64,000 nucleotides of DNA, taken from positions 6,138,001 through 6,202,000 of the forward strand of contig NC_043001.1 of the NCBI RefSeq assembly GCF_006345805.1, given 5' to 3'. Source of the stretch: Octopus sinensis. Its lineage: Eukaryota. The translations under genes were made by a program, and so were the position numbers. This document shows positions 1 through 14,050 of this stretch, in pieces; the stretch's first letter is position 1; the number at the start of each line of letters is the position of its first letter. The notes under the pieces are model-generated. The model was not told where the DNA came from, searched no databases, and was given only the letters and a program-made list of their open reading frames with translations.

Positions 1-691
1 TGCGTGCGTGCGAGTGTTTGGACGGTTAGACATAAATATATATGATATTTTATAATTTAATTATATATGTTCTGGACATTAACAGAAATAGCTGCTGTGT
101 ATAATGAACTATCTCAAGTCTATTCTACACAAAGGAAGCAATTAGTACCATCGATGACACGAAAGTTTCCAAGCAAATAAAGCGAAATTTATTGACCATT
201 TCTTTTCTTCTAAATTCAGGATATAATCAAGCTTGCTGATGAATGGTTTTCAATAAATTTTCATATACTTTCTATAAGGGTAGCTTAAAAGATACTAAGT
301 TAATATAAATTATCATCGTACAAGACCTTTTTCAAATCAGTTTATTGTCAAGTGACCTGAGCACCTTCTATTGATTTAGCTTGTCCTCAAAATCTAAGGA
401 AAAACAACATTGAAAAAAGCTAAACTTATAGAAACTAATTTACGTTACTTGTTTATATACAGCGTTGGCCGAAAGTCACCTGACAATAAATCAAAATTCC
501 ATAAATAATTTATATTCCTTTTTATTTAAACATTCCAATTATGAATTTTTAATAATTGAAAGCTGTGAGTTAAAATCCCCGTATTTTTTAAAGCTTTTTT
601 TTCAACATTTCTGTATTTATTTACTAAGTCTCATAAAGCAATTTTTTGCTTTTGTCTTGGTATTAAATAAAGCTTCCAATATCCTTTTTCT

Positions 692-1061
692 AAGGTAGGC
701 CCAAGGCCATAAACTTTCGAGGAGTGTGGCCAGTCGGTTAGATCGACCCCAGTACGCAACTGGCACTTAATTTATCGACCCCGAAGGGGTGAAAGGCAAA
801 ATCAACCTCGGCGGAATTTTAACTTAGAAAGTATAGACAGACGAAATACCTATTTCTTTACTACCCACAAGGAGATAAACACAGAGAGGACAAACAAGGA
901 CAGACAAATGGATTAAGTCGATTATATCAACCCCAGTGCGTAACTGGTACTTATTTAATCTACCCCGAAAGGATGAACGGCATATTCAACCTCGGCGGAA
1001 TTTGAACTCAGAACGTCGCGGCAGACGAAATACTACTAAGCATTTCTCCCAGCGTGCTAGC
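692..1061 (-). mobile_element. tRNA-derived SINE, composite (head+body+tail followed by a second body+tail)
   Basis: Body motif tcgaccccagt...ctggtactta...atcgaccccgaa...cctcggcggaattt occurs twice in tandem and matches copies at 9898, 50214, 55623 and 57170. Confidence 0.8.
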
Positions 1062-1576
1062 CTCAAATATTGAAAATATTATGCACGCATATCTGCAAAA
1101 AAAGGATGATGCACTCCAAAGCCACGAAAATATAACTATTTGTGCTGTCAAACTGTAAAGTATTACAAAATTGAGTTAAACTGAAGTAAATGTGTTATTG
1201 GAGAAGAAAACACCATTGCTGCAATGCCTCGTTTCGTACAAGATTTAACTCAATCTGATATTATATTTTTCGCTATTGCGTCCATACAGTCTATTACAAG
1301 TAAATAGGAGCACATTTTCATCTATACCATAGAAATAATCCTTACAGTCAAATCCCGCAAGAATGTTCATTGTTTCTAAGTATTCCACCAAACCAGATTT
1401 ATTTCTATCTCAATGTCGCTGTATATATTTATGCCACTGAGATTCTGTGTGACATTGGCATCATCACTGATAATCATCTATTTTATTGTGGTTTGTAAAA
1501 TATCTGTAAGAAATGCTTAAGGATAGAAGATTCATAATGTCTACCTTTATATTCGCATGTTCTTACGTGTGTGTAC

Positions 1577-1620
1577 ACCACACACATACATAGACACACA
1601 CACACACTCATGTATTATTT

Positions 1621-1665
<45 letters not shown>

Positions 1666-1671
1666 ATATAA
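1577..1671. repeat. (CA)n/(TA)n microsatellite
   Basis: Read directly from the sequence. Confidence 0.95.
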
Positions 1672-1733
1672 TTCGGACAAAACCACTATTTTAAAACCAA
1701 ACAAAATTTGATACTGATTAGAAGATCGAATAT

Positions 1734-1777
1734 CCACCTGAAGATTGTCGGTAGCAGACATGAAACATTTGTAGTGG
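1734..1777 (+). ncRNA. Type I hammerhead ribozyme motif (minimal stem III)
   Basis: ccac-CTGAAGA-t-tgtc ggtagca gaca-t-GAAAC-attt-GTA-gtgg: stem I ccac/gtgg, stem II tgtc/gaca with a U.U base mismatch, GUA triplet. Confidence 0.7.
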
Positions 1778-2590
1778 CGGTTTATTTAATTTATATTAAA
1801 ATTTTATGTATTGATTAGTCTTTCCTTGTTTGGTTTTAAAATAGTGGTTTTGTCTCGAATTATATTATGTAATATTTTACTATAAAATTGGATTTAACCC
1901 TAAATCTGATTTTTCCCTGTAATTTTGGATCATTCCCTAATAATTATTATTTCTCCTCCCCTCCCCCCTCTCTTCCCCTTCCCCCTCTTCTCCCCCTCCC
2001 CCTCTTCTCCCCCTCCCCCTTCTCCTCCTACACTACACCACACGACTTACACATCACATCATATATGATGTGCCATACTAATACATACACCAACTAATAC
2101 ATACTAATACGTACTAATACATACTAATACATACTAATACATACACCAACCCTATACATACACACGTCCAGACCCCTCATACGCACTTATACTCTCTCAT
2201 ACACACACACACACATTTATACATACTAATACGTACTATACATACTAAACATACTAATACTACACCAACCCCATACGTACGCACGTCCAGACCAATCCTA
2301 CGAACTAATACTCTCTCATACACACACACACACACACACACACCCTTATACATACTAATACATACACCAACCCTATACATACATACGTCCAGACCCCTCC
2401 TACGCACTATTAGCTGGTCGTTCAACCCTATTATCAACCCTATTATCAACCCTATTATCTCCCCCTTTTCGCTCTCGCGTCTCATGTTTGATCTTTGACC
2501 TCTGCCGAAATCAGATCGCCATGTGATCGTTAGCTACTGCACGCATTTTTTTTTCTCTCATTCTTTCTGTGTTTTTTTTCTGTCTGTGTA

Positions 2591-2628
2591 TCTTTCTGTT
2601 GAAGAGCGTAGGCTCGAAACGTTAAAGA
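2591..2628 (+). ncRNA. Hammerhead-like motif with variant core CUGUUGA and GUU triplet
   Basis: tcttt-CTGTTGA-a-gagc gtag gctc-GAAAC-GTT-aaaga: stems I and II are perfect; identical copy at 30745-30782 (-). Confidence 0.55.
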
Positions 2629-2963
2629 CTTGTTTTATTATATTTCCTGAGCGCCATACTAATACAATTGTTCGTTTGTTTTCCACCTGCCTTCGTCTTT
2701 TGTCTATTTTCATAAAGCTTCCCGTTATATATATATATATATGTACGTATAATTGATCCAAGTAGACTGTGTGATTTCATTGTCTTCCTTCTTTTTACCA
2801 TATATGAGTTACAAATACTGTTGTTTGTGGAGACTTATTTTTGTAGTAATAGTATAGTAGCCCTTTGACTGCTATTTCTAAATTTTCGGTATGTGGTTTA
2901 AGCAACTTGTTGCAAAAAACCCTTTATTATAATTAATATATATATATATATAATATATATATA

Positions 2964-2994
<31 letters not shown>

Positions 2995-3026
2995 ATTATA
3001 TATATATATATATATATATATTATAT

Positions 3027-3625
3027 TATGAGGGTTGCGATGATTATATTGTTGTCTAATTTACGCAAGAATGAAACCAACACTGACATCTCATTCTAAC
3101 AGATAAACGAGGTATGATCAATAATTATCCAGGCTGTTGCCATAGTAACAATGTTAAAGCGCACTGAATGAAGCTGCCGGGCAAATATTGGCATTGGACA
3201 CTGCTGTATATACACAGTAAGTATAACGCACTAGCTCACTGTTTACAGCAGTATTTAGAAGGAACGTGTGCAGAGCGTGATGAGACGCACCCAAGTGTAC
3301 GAGTGGTTCAGCCCGATCCAAGATGGACGACACAATGTCAACATTCACGAACGGTCTGGGAGACTCGCAACGAGTAGAACTGAGAAAAACATTGCTGATT
3401 TGCGTGCAGTTTTGAGAGGAAATCGTCGAATCACCAGCCGTGAGATATCAGAGTATGTGCAGATGACTTACGTTTCATTTCAGTCCATTACATGAGACGC
3501 GTTCTTTTATGTTTGTGTCAACACTGCTATCAGCTGACCGAAAAGACACTCGGGTGTTAGTTGCACAATATCTCCTTGATAGTGTCGAAAACAATGAAAA
3601 TTTCTGAAGGCCTCTGATGAGGTAC
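3027..3625 (+). pseudogene. Mariner transposase fragment (N-terminal HTH to first catalytic D), degenerate
   Basis: Translation RRTQVYEWFS...ERSGRLATSRTEKNIA...NRRITSREI, then LLSADRKDTRVLVAQYLL; begins with TIR-like tatgagggtt next to a TA tract; stops and frameshifts. Confidence 0.8.
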
Positions 3626-3894
3626 CGCCAAGCTATTTGCAATATTTCATGAGGATTCTCTGCTCAAGTATCTCTGTCAAGGTCAAAGCGATAATAACAC
3701 GCTACACGTGTTCTTTCCAATCACTGCTGTAAACAGCAGAAGTGCGGTAGAACATTAAACCTTAGTGTTTATGCCTAACAGAGTTCAATTTCGATACGTG
3801 CCAAGCGGCTACACTCGTTATGGTTTAACTTCGTTACCATTCTGGCAGCTCGTATACTAATCATACAAAGTATTTACCAAAATTACATAAAAAT

Positions 3895-4980
3895 ACATTG
3901 AAATATTAAAGATTAACTTTATTCAATAAATCGCTTGTGTCTTCAACCTTGGCCTCCAAACGACATTGAAATCTCCTGCAAATGCTCTTGACGGTCTCTT
4001 TGTTTAAGTTGCTGAATGCTGCCATAATCTTTGCCTTCCGTTCGTATTTGGTGTTACAAAGAGGTTTGCGGGCTTTTCGCTCAACCACGCCTCACGCATA
4101 ATAATAAAGGGAGTTGCGGTCTGGAGAGTTAGGTGGCCAAATTTTAAGGGTGATGTGGTCACAGAAATTGTCTGATAGCCATGACAGAGATTCCCCTGCT
4201 AGTGTAGCATTGTGCAGAGTCTTGTTGCCAGATATACGGTCTTCTAGAAGGCATTGTCTTAATCCAGTGCAGAACTACTCATCCAGGAACTAAATGTAGC
4301 CGCCTCCGAGTTGAGTCTGATTCCGAGTGTGAAGAGAAATGGGGCCCATCACTAATGATCACACCAAACACCATGTTGTTGACTGGATGCTGCATTTGTT
4401 TCACTGGCAGTGCGTTTTTGGACACGACAAACCAACGAGTGTTCTGTGTGCTCACCATCTAATCCGGGAAGATATTTTTCTCGTCTCAGAAAAACCAAAC
4501 CATGTTTGGATGGATGAGATGCTTGCGCTTCTTAAAAGCTTCGTAGAGCTCTCTTTCCTCTTGTCCTTTATAACTTTGGATAAAAATCGGTCCTTTCTCA
4601 TCTTGTATGAGGAATGTACTACCTGCCTAATAATATAATCAGACACTCCCATGCCCTTGGCGATTGACCTAATTTAGATGGAGGGATCGTTGTCAATCAT
4701 GACCCTGATTTCACCAGCATCTTCAGGATTTTTTTGTTTCTCGTCAGAACGATCAGAGTGGGTTTTCCAAGCTGCCGTACGTTCGTAATCACCATTAGAC
4801 TCTCCCAACTCTTTCCGAATCCTATGCACACGCAACCACGCAGAAATGTTCGTATTAAAGCTTCCAGCACAAATGCTAAGTTGTACAACATGTCGTTTCA
4901 AAATTTCTGGCAGAGTTCATTGCGTCATGGTACTGTTTTTCTCACACACGGCATCCAACTGACCTACTACACTGTGCAGT
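3895..4980 (-). mobile_element. Tc1/mariner DD37D (maT-type) transposon, pseudogenised transposase ~3919-4928
   Basis: Fragments KRHVVQLSICAG, RIRKELGESNGDYE, MIDNDPS, SYKMRK, WQQDSAQCYTS...WPPNSPDRNSL, VERK...MAAFSNLNKETV; spacing fits D37D. Confidence 0.85.
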
Positions 4981-5088
4981 CGACAAAATCAAAATCGAAA
5001 GTGCGCAAGCGTAAAATTCAAAATATAAGATATAAGATGGCAACAATTTACCCATCGCATCGTATATATATATATATATAATATATAT

Positions 5089-5131
<43 letters not shown>

Positions 5132-5135
<4 letters not shown>

Positions 5136-5350
5136 GGTAATTTCAAAAATAAAGGAACACAAGAAAAAAGCAACAACGCTAGGACATGGTACAGGCAAAT
5201 TATTGGCAGACGCTCGAGGAAGGAGAGAAAGGTGGTTTTACGATTCGAGCAAATCTCTTCGTGAGAAACAGGAGACGGAGGAGATTCCAAGAGAAAAGGA
5301 AGACGTATGTCTGCGTACGTGTATGCACACATCTACCTATAGCCACACTT
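5132..5350 (-). mobile_element. Short PLE-type remnant ending at (TA)n, with a degenerate hammerhead at 5235-5269
   Basis: Minus strand gttt-CTCACGA-a-gag atttg ctc-GAATC-GTA-aaac: HHR layout with two core substitutions. Confidence 0.45.
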
Positions 5351-6974
5351 GTGTTTGAATTTGATAACAAAAAAGACAATTTCCGCAATGCCGTGGAAAA
5401 TATTTTACGTTTTTAGTTAGATAAATTCAGTTTTTAGCCGAAAAATATCCATAAAATATTTCCACATACATTTACTGTTCGGAAAGGAATATATATATAA
5501 AACTAAACTCCCATTAATGAGATCTAGAATTGTGTTATCACAACAGAAATGTAACACATATTTGATAAAATTGTCCTCTTTGGGGATATATGCCAGAGTT
5601 CTTGTTATATTTGATATGGTACACTGTAAAATATAAAATGTGTACACAAGGATCGTGTTGTTGTCCAACTAAGTTTTAATTAAGTTAGTTACGAGCTTCA
5701 TTAGTTTTTCTTTGACGATTGGTTTTACATCTGTTGTTATTATTAAATATTCTGAATCAAATTACGTATTCATCTTGTATTCTCACTGAATTTGTTTCAC
5801 TTTACGAGCATCCTCTTTCTTTGTAATGATCCTATTGTATCCATCCCATTTCAGAAAATATCTTTTAATCAGATTTCTTTTCTTGCCCCTTTTACAAACG
5901 CTTAAAATGGAGCCTGTTTCATGTAGAAAAGGATACAGTTTTTTCCTGACATATAAAGATATTCGATATTTGGAAGGAATGATTGTTCAAATATACATAC
6001 AGTTACCAAGTACAGTATTCTCTTTCAGTATCTGCGTCTCTAATGTGAAGTACTATCTACTGAAATTGCTGACTAATGTTGTTGTTTTTTTTATTTACAT
6101 ACTATAGTAATGTCATATAGGCGAATGGCAACTCAATGCGTGATGTCTTCCAATTACGAGTAATTCTGCTTAAAAACCAATAACAGTAATGAGCATTTAA
6201 TATGTAATTCTCTTTCCTCTGCAGTGTAGAGAATTGTGTGCGTGATAATGAAATGCCACAATTATAATTTATGCCAATATATTATTTGCTGAATTTGTAG
6301 ATATGCTAGACAGGCGAGAATATTTCAGGAAATCCGAGAACGTCACGCAGTTTTGTTACCTGTTGGAGGTAACTCGATCTCTTTGATAGCATTAACGAAT
6401 TTGATAAATACATGAACTTCACCGTTTCCCATAATATTTCTCTTAGAAAATAGATTGTAAGTGTTCAGAGAATAAACAAAACCAATAAAAAGTGTGACAT
6501 TTGCACTCCAGAATTTAGGAAAATTGTGCTCATATAGCACAGCAAGTGTAATATCCATTATAAAAATGTCTGTGCTATTAAGCTTCGATATCAAACGTTA
6601 GAGTCGTGGTACTTGAACTGTTACTAGTTATATTCTGCTTCACAATCGGTATGTTGCTCCACTTTTTAATAAATCTGTTCCACTAAATATCCACCTTCTG
6701 TCACAAAGTTCCATATCTCACACATGTACCTCATTCTCCGTGTTTCTTTAAAGAAGGTGTGCAGCAGAAGATAGGCCAAAATGAATTCTGCGTACAGTCA
6801 TTTAGATTGTAGTTGACACAAGTCCTGACATGTTTTAACGCTCTACATTGTGTTCTGAAGCTCATGATGTTAGCAAAATTTACACATTTATTAGTTTTTG
6901 TTATTAGTTTTAGTCAGAGGACTGCGGCTATGCTGGGGCGCCGCGGTTTCCTTTGCTACACTTACATTAGAGTT

Positions 6975-7205
6975 CCTCAAAAATGTGAGGTTTGTTGGGT
7001 GAGGGAGTTTGACTTTGCTGCCCTCATCTGTGTTTCCTTTCTTGGGGTAGGTTCTTCGGGAAATCTTCACAGAAACAGATCCCGTTTTGTTTTGAAAATG
7101 CCTACATCCACGCCATGCAAGTCATTCAGGCTTTTTGAGCGGATATTGAAGAATTGCGGGCCCCTGTTGTGTGGACACCTCCAGACGATGAAGTAGGCTA
7201 GACCA
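6975..7205 (-). mobile_element. CR1/L2-group LINE 3' fragment (end of RT ORF)
   Basis: Translation RGPQFFNIRSKSLNDLHGVDVGIFKTKRDLFL*RFPEEPTPRKETQMRAAKSNSL, typical of a LINE ORF2 C-terminus. Confidence 0.7.
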
Positions 7206-9897
7206 ATACGTAGATATAGAGGGAGAAGTCTAGATGTCGGCAGTTGAGTAGAGGTTATCGGAACGAGCGATATAACAGCCCCTTGAAGCAAAACTGTTGC
7301 AGTATTTGGTCCTGTATTCTGATGGCATCGTTGAAAGTTCTGGTAATAAGCAGTGGCGTCCCGTTTGTGTAAGTAACAATGCCAAACGTTGGTTTCCCAA
7401 GTCTGGTAATAAACGGGTTTCCTGAAGTATTTAACGTGATAAATATATTGTCGTATGCAATTATTAGTCACACAACTGTAACCACACATAATGTATTTTT
7501 TCCAGAAGTGAAAAGCAAAGCCGTTATATCCTGTTCAGATAACATGCAGTGTAATGTAGGGGATTATCTTTCTGTCATTTGAGTGTGACTTACATGATGC
7601 ATAGCTCCTGCGGCATCCTTCTGAATTCAGTGAAAGGCTGTAGATTTATCCAAATTGGACAACTTCAAGTATTTTTAAAAGTAACTCACTATTTTGGACT
7701 CGAGCAGATTACATCAGGTTTTTGCATTTATTACTGCTGGGCAGTAATTGATAAATAAAGAAAAGGCATCATTTTCTAAACTATCAAACCAACACTCTCT
7801 TGGTCAGGTGAATTGCTATAGTTATATAGGAAGAAAATACAGTCATTGGTAGCGAGTCTGAAAGACAATGGTCTCCATGATACACACACACACACACACA
7901 CACACATACACATATACACACACACGCGCACACTCTCTCTCTCAGAGCTTTCCATTTACATCCTTATTAATACAGATATATAATTTGTAAAGGAGACAGG
8001 CACACAAGAATCGGGCCTTTATTTGACAGGGTGTCATGGATACACTCGCAAAATGTGATGAAAAGAACTTGCCGAATATGGCTGAATCTTTGGTCAAATG
8101 GAAAATCAAACAATTAATTTGTTAACTGTTTGATAGGTTAACTCTACAAATATTAATTATAAAAGACGGGAAATAGAAACAGTGTGTGTGTTAATTATTG
8201 ACATAATATCTCTCCTAAATGTAAAAATATTTAAATTTGATTTAAAGGAACAATTATCACAGATGTGCGACGAATTGAATCTAATATTTTAACTGTCATC
8301 ATCTGAATATTTTCCTACACATACATACACGCACACGCACGCACGCACACACACACACACACACACAAGCACACACACACAATACATCAGATATACTGCT
8401 TGATATTTTCTGTTGTAAGGTGATCAATAGCACTTCGTATTATTCAATATGTAGCCTCGGTTTTGAAGAATACAATTGTCTAGACTTTCATATGTTTGAA
8501 AAAAAAAATAGGAAATTCGTTAAAGAACAGCTGAGAATTTAATGACATTTGTGTGACACATCGGTGAAATTTCACGCTATGTCCAAGATTAATATTTGCT
8601 TTATGTGTCTATGTAAAATTCTTGTATAAATAGGTGGAAGCGTTGAAAAATTGACGTTAAACAGTAAAAGAAATCACTTTTTTCGCGATTGTTACTTGAT
8701 GTATATGGATTTTAACCTCCGCATTATAAATTATCCATTATATAATCAAGTAGACTCACTCTATCTATCTAGGATTCTTCACTCTATCTCTGATGCAGTA
8801 TTCATTATCATTTGAATATAATCATAATTGCAAGTATGAACATGATTTATACATTTCAACAGGTATTTAAAATGAATTTGATGGCAAGTATTAATTGTTT
8901 TTGTTATTTCGGAATTATTGAAGTAGGATTTGAAAATTGACTTAATTAAAGCGTACAATTCTTTTTTTTTTAACTTAAAGCATTGTGCCTGGACAATATA
9001 ATAATAATATTCGTAATAAAAAGTAGGATAGCTTCCGTAAGTGAAACTAAAATAACATAAAACGAAAGGTTTTGAATATCACTTCAATAAAATGTGCAGT
9101 TAGACAACGTGCATAAAAAGATCTCATAGATTAGCGTTCTTATTTTGTAGTTATAGATTAATGTTCGATATTGCACGACCTACATCAATCTCTGAAATTG
9201 AAGTAGTACTCTTTCCATCATGTAATAAATATTGCTTTAGAGGAGATTTTTAAACGATATTCATGTCATCAGGATCTGAGCAATCAGTAACATCACAGTT
9301 TTAAGAAGAGATAACATCGAGTTCTTTCGTTGAATATTGTTCAAGCAAACACTCGTTATTTCAATTAGGCTTTTGAGCTTAGATCTTATCAATTTCAAAT
9401 GAATAGCGAAGCTTCCATTGATCATATTTATTTCGTTATTCTTTAGAGGCATTGCTGGATCTGAAAGGGAGAAATCACACTACGGGCAAAATTGTGCATT
9501 TAAATGCTTGTATTGTGATCAATCGCTAAAATAATCATATTCATGCGAATGAAACCGATGAAAATAAATCATAGTTTTATGATACGAGAAAAGATAATTC
9601 TCTTATTTAAAAAGATTCATTTTTAATCGCTCTTATATGTCAGTAGAATACAATATGGCGTTTCTAAGGGCCCCGCAAAATGTATTCAATGAAATGATTG
9701 TGCGCATTGTATTGTAGCGCATAACTGTATTTCTTTTCCTGCAGGGATGTCATTGAAAGAACTCATATATATGAATGAGGGGAGACTAACACGTAATGTG
9801 TATTTTAAAACATAAGGTTTAAATAGAGAAATATTTAGAAAAGTGTATTCTTCTAGGAAAAAGAATAAAACTTTATCAGACATTAGTTTTAAATGTT

Positions 9898-10060
9898 GGC
9901 ACAAGGCCAGCAACTAAAAGGGAAGCGCGTAAGTTGACTACATCGACCCCATTGCTCAGCTGGTACTTATTTTATCGACTCCGAAATTACGAAAGGTAAA
10001 GTCGACCTCATGTTAGTTTGAACTCAAATCTTAGTGGTGCTACTTTACCAGTTCGCCATC
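9898..10060 (-). mobile_element. Degenerate SINE fragment
   Basis: atcgacccc...ctggtacttattttatcgac...aaaggtaaagtcgacctc body shared with other copies in the window. Confidence 0.7.
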
Positions 10061-12071
10061 TTAACTTCAACAAGTATTCAAAAGAGTCCTCTACGTCTAT
10101 CTTTTTCTCTGACAAAATAGACAATTAAGATTCTTTCTTTGTAAAACGATGCAGCATGTTGTTACTAATATTTCAATACTGGAAACCCTTCTGTACTTTC
10201 AGAAAGTATCTGAGTGTCACAAGATCGTCACTCTTTTCACTTTCATCTTCACCTGAATAAGTCAACGAGAAATGGATTAATCATCACAAACAGAGTTTTG
10301 CAATGTGTAATATTTTCTCAAACTTACTCAATTCGAATTACTCTCACAGAGTATGGTCAACCACTTTGTATAAGAAATTATCTATTCCTGGAAATATTAC
10401 GCGCCTTCTGTTTGGAGACCGGGCACTTCGATAGAAACAAGGTTGTGTATCGTCATTTTAAAAGAAAATCGTCCGCCAAGTCCTGATGTTTCACTTCTTG
10501 AAAGCGGTGGGAAATAGTATGTGTCCTCCACCCAGCGCACATGAGTTCAATTTCACTGATAATCGTTTAGACTATATCCCGTCAGAGACATGTTACAGCC
10601 ATCTCTTCGAGAATAAGGAGTCTACTCTACAGATAAATATTTCCAGTTTGATGTTTGATCCGAAATAAAAAATGGGTCTTCTTCAACCTTTTTTTTTTTG
10701 CTTTCAAAATTATCATTTTCTATCAGAACAAAACTCTTGGTTGGAGATACTTGCTGCTTGTTTGCCTTAATCCTTTTCTTGTCCATCCATCTATCGTCCC
10801 GTTTTTAGTGAGAACCTTGTCATGGTTCCACTATACTGGTTAACAATCAGTTTATCAGTGCATCCACACTTGATGTGACTCTGGGTGCAAAGTGATGTCC
10901 CTTAGGTAGATGTTACTTTTACACCTGGTTTTAAGCTTATTACGTATGACAAGGGGTCAGCGATAGATTATAAGAGTAAGAACCGCTTAATCTGGTCACT
11001 ATCAATATTTCTTTTCTGAACTCTAGCAGTTCAAGTGTCTGATCCTGCTGTATCCTTTCACTGTGTCATGCAAATCCTATCGAATATGTATCCTGATTTT
11101 CCTATTTCCAATTCCCATTCTTCTGCACGTTGAGTTTTATTTTGCTGATCATATTAGAATGCCCCTAACCCACCCTTCTTCTTGCTGTAGCTTTCCAAGC
11201 TTAAAGCATCATCCATAGGCTACCCCAGCCATATTTTAATGCCTAGTCAGTTTTCTCTTCCTTTACATGAAACTAAGGCTCCCATTGAAATAAGCAAAAA
11301 ATAATTTTTACAATATACTATAGAAACGTGATTGTGCAATTAAGAGGAACCTATTTTCTTTTAATATATTTTAAACAAATCTCGTTGATTGAAGTCGCCA
11401 GGCAGCTGGCGAAATATTTTTATTGCATTTGATTATTGAAAACATATTAAAGCGAATCACACCCCAAGGTCGTATTCATTGTTCTGCTACATAAAGCAGA
11501 TCACTATAACATTTCAAGTAGCAGTAAATACTTGGAAACATTTGATACTAATGCCTAAAATTTAAACATTTCATTGCTTTGGAACTCGAAACACCATCAC
11601 AATATTTTTTTTTGTTCGTGATTGCCAAATAGCATGAATGCAGGAATCTATTTTACATTTAATCCCAAACGTATTAAAATGGAAAATATTTCCAGTACTC
11701 ATATTTTTATTCGTTTCAAGCCAAATACGACCATAATATGTACTTTTGCTCATCCAGGTTATTTAATATTCTGAGATTATATGCATTGGAAATGAACTAA
11801 ACATATAAGTAGTTTGACAGAAAATGTCTCTTGTGGTGCTTCAGTCGTTCATGCACAATGTAATTCAATTTAAAATTAAAATTTACATTGAAAGTATAAA
11901 ATATTTATGTTCTATAGTTTTCTTTTGTAATTTATTGCATTTTATCATCGATAATACACAAAGTTTTCAAATAAATAAATTACACGCGTTTCTATATAAA
12001 ACTAACGAAAACAATCATAAAAAGCACTCCCAGTATGATTCCTGGTTATTAAAATTTTGCAATTATTATTT

Positions 12072-12126
12072 TGTTTTTTTCGAAGAGACTTGTTTTTTCG
12101 AAGAGACTTGTTTTTTCGAAGAGACT
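12072..12126. repeat. 3 x 18-bp tandem repeat (tgttttttcgaagagact)
   Basis: Read directly from the sequence. Confidence 0.9.
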
Positions 12127-13388
12127 TTACTCACGATATAGACCTGAGGTCAAACTCACCATTTACGCTTAATGCTTGCGCATTTTGATCTTCACTACAA
12201 CAACGTGTAATCATGGACGAGATAAATTCAAGAGTAAACCTATTATTTCATAACCCTGTTTTTATTCAAAATGGAGTTAATCTACACGGAACTTATATAA
12301 AATAAATTAGGTCTCATATATTAAGATTCAAACATTAACCAATATACTCAATATCTAGTAAAATCTTCCAGAGTAAAATTTGAGGCACAGATGGAGCACT
12401 GAAAAATGAGCACTAATTAACGTATTAGTGTCTGAAAATGGATGAAATTCAATAACTTAATTGGTGCATCATCTGTTCCGGAATTCACAAGTGCATTCAA
12501 TGTATCCACAATCATTAAGTCTAAGAGACAGTGACATGCGATGTAAACTAGTGGAGACTTCATGAGTTTTCAATCAAATATTGTAAATTTTCCTTTCCAT
12601 ACATATTTCAGTGTTGACTTGAATAACCATCATTATATTCCGTCTCTCGAACGAAACTCTCGGGAACGTTTAAACTGAAGTCTACCTAAAAGCAATATCA
12701 TCGAATTCAATGGTGTTGTGTTGTTTCAGGAAAATTTTATAGACCAATATATATTTCACATATTGTTGTATTTCGGGACGTTCATTTGTTTTGTTTTGTT
12801 TTGTTTTTGGCCAAATTATCACAGGTATTATATATTCGTTTTCCACTCGTATATTACTTTTCATAGTTTATTTCGTCAAAAGTCTGTGATCTCTTCAGCG
12901 ACACTTTTCATTTTCGTATGTGCTCTTGCTCCCCTTACACCATTCTACTTTTCTTCCGGACAACGGACATGACTTAGAATAAGAACACTCATAAACGAGA
13001 AAACATCAAATATTTGGTGCGTGTGTATATTTAGCAAAGGAAAAAATATGACTATCCTGAAATACACCAATATCTGTTTTAACACACAATTTCACATCAG
13101 GAATCTTGCAACACATTGATAAACGTATATTTTTACATATATTTCCCAATGTGGAGGTTGAAAGTTTAGCTATTTTGGCAAAAGTACATGTTTTTGCACA
13201 CGCATAAATCTTAACGTCCAACGTAATACCCGTCGGAAAATGTATTGCGATATTGCCTGCACTCCCAGTTAACGATTTCCTTTCACACACATTGAATAAT
13301 TACGAAGGAAATCTAATCGCAAAATTAGTAACAATAAAATGATAACAGTAAACCAAGAAATAGTGATTGTTCTGCTTGAACAAAACAA

Positions 13389-13521
13389 ATGGGTAAAATC
13401 ATGTGTGAAATTAAAAATGATAAACCGAAGAGAAAGCAGGACTGGGATAGAAGCATGTCGTCTTTGCTAAAACCTACTAGCAAGAAACGGCTGAGTAGAA
13501 TTGGCGCATGGAACAAACAAG
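13389..13521 (+). CDS. Possible isolated coding exon (unrecognised product)
   Basis: aacaaATGG start, 44 open codons MGKIMCEIKNDKPKRKQDWDRSMSSLLKPTSKKRLSRIGAWNKQ, then AAG|GTAAGT donor at 13522. No partner exon found. Confidence 0.25.
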
Positions 13522-13794
13522 GTAAGTGTTTGCTAAAAACTAGAGTGAGCGAACCTTTCAATATACATCTAGAGCAACATATACGATTGGTTGAGTGAAA
13601 TTCGAAGTTTTGCGTTGCATTAATATGTTTTGGAAATTATGCTTCGCAATTTTAGTTTTCAAAAATAAATAAAATTTGCCTGACACAAGTACTAGACACA
13701 TTTCATTGGGGGAATAATTCGCAGACTGTATCCTGAAATTAATTCAGATTGTGTATCTTGTCGATAGGGATGAAATTTGTAAACATTCTGCACC

Positions 13795-13834
<40 letters not shown>

Positions 13835-13962
13835 TGCACGCAGTGTAGTTGGAAGATCAAAAATTATGGAAGGCTTTTCTGAAATTCAAAATGTGAAATT
13901 TTATGCTTCCTCCATTAGAGTAAGGAGTGTTCCTTCTTTGTTAGAAACACATTTACAGACAT

Positions 13963-14050
<88 letters not shown>

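Larger units (their letters stand above)
1672..2726 (+). mobile_element. Penelope-like non-coding remnant between (TA)n tracts, with two hammerhead-like motifs and a 33-bp inverted 5' end
   Basis: 1672-1704 is the reverse complement of about 1826-1859; HHR-like motifs at 1734 and 2591; the 3' ~200 bp recurs inverted at 30646-30867. Confidence 0.6.

Noticed and set aside
7303-7368. Possible 66-nt exon (gcag|...|gtaagt; YLVLYSDGIVESSGNKQWRPVC)
   Set aside because: Weak pyrimidine tract, no recognisable protein and no partner exon.
12870-12900. CTGAAGA...GAAA on the minus strand
   Set aside because: Stem II is poor and no stem I or NUH match.
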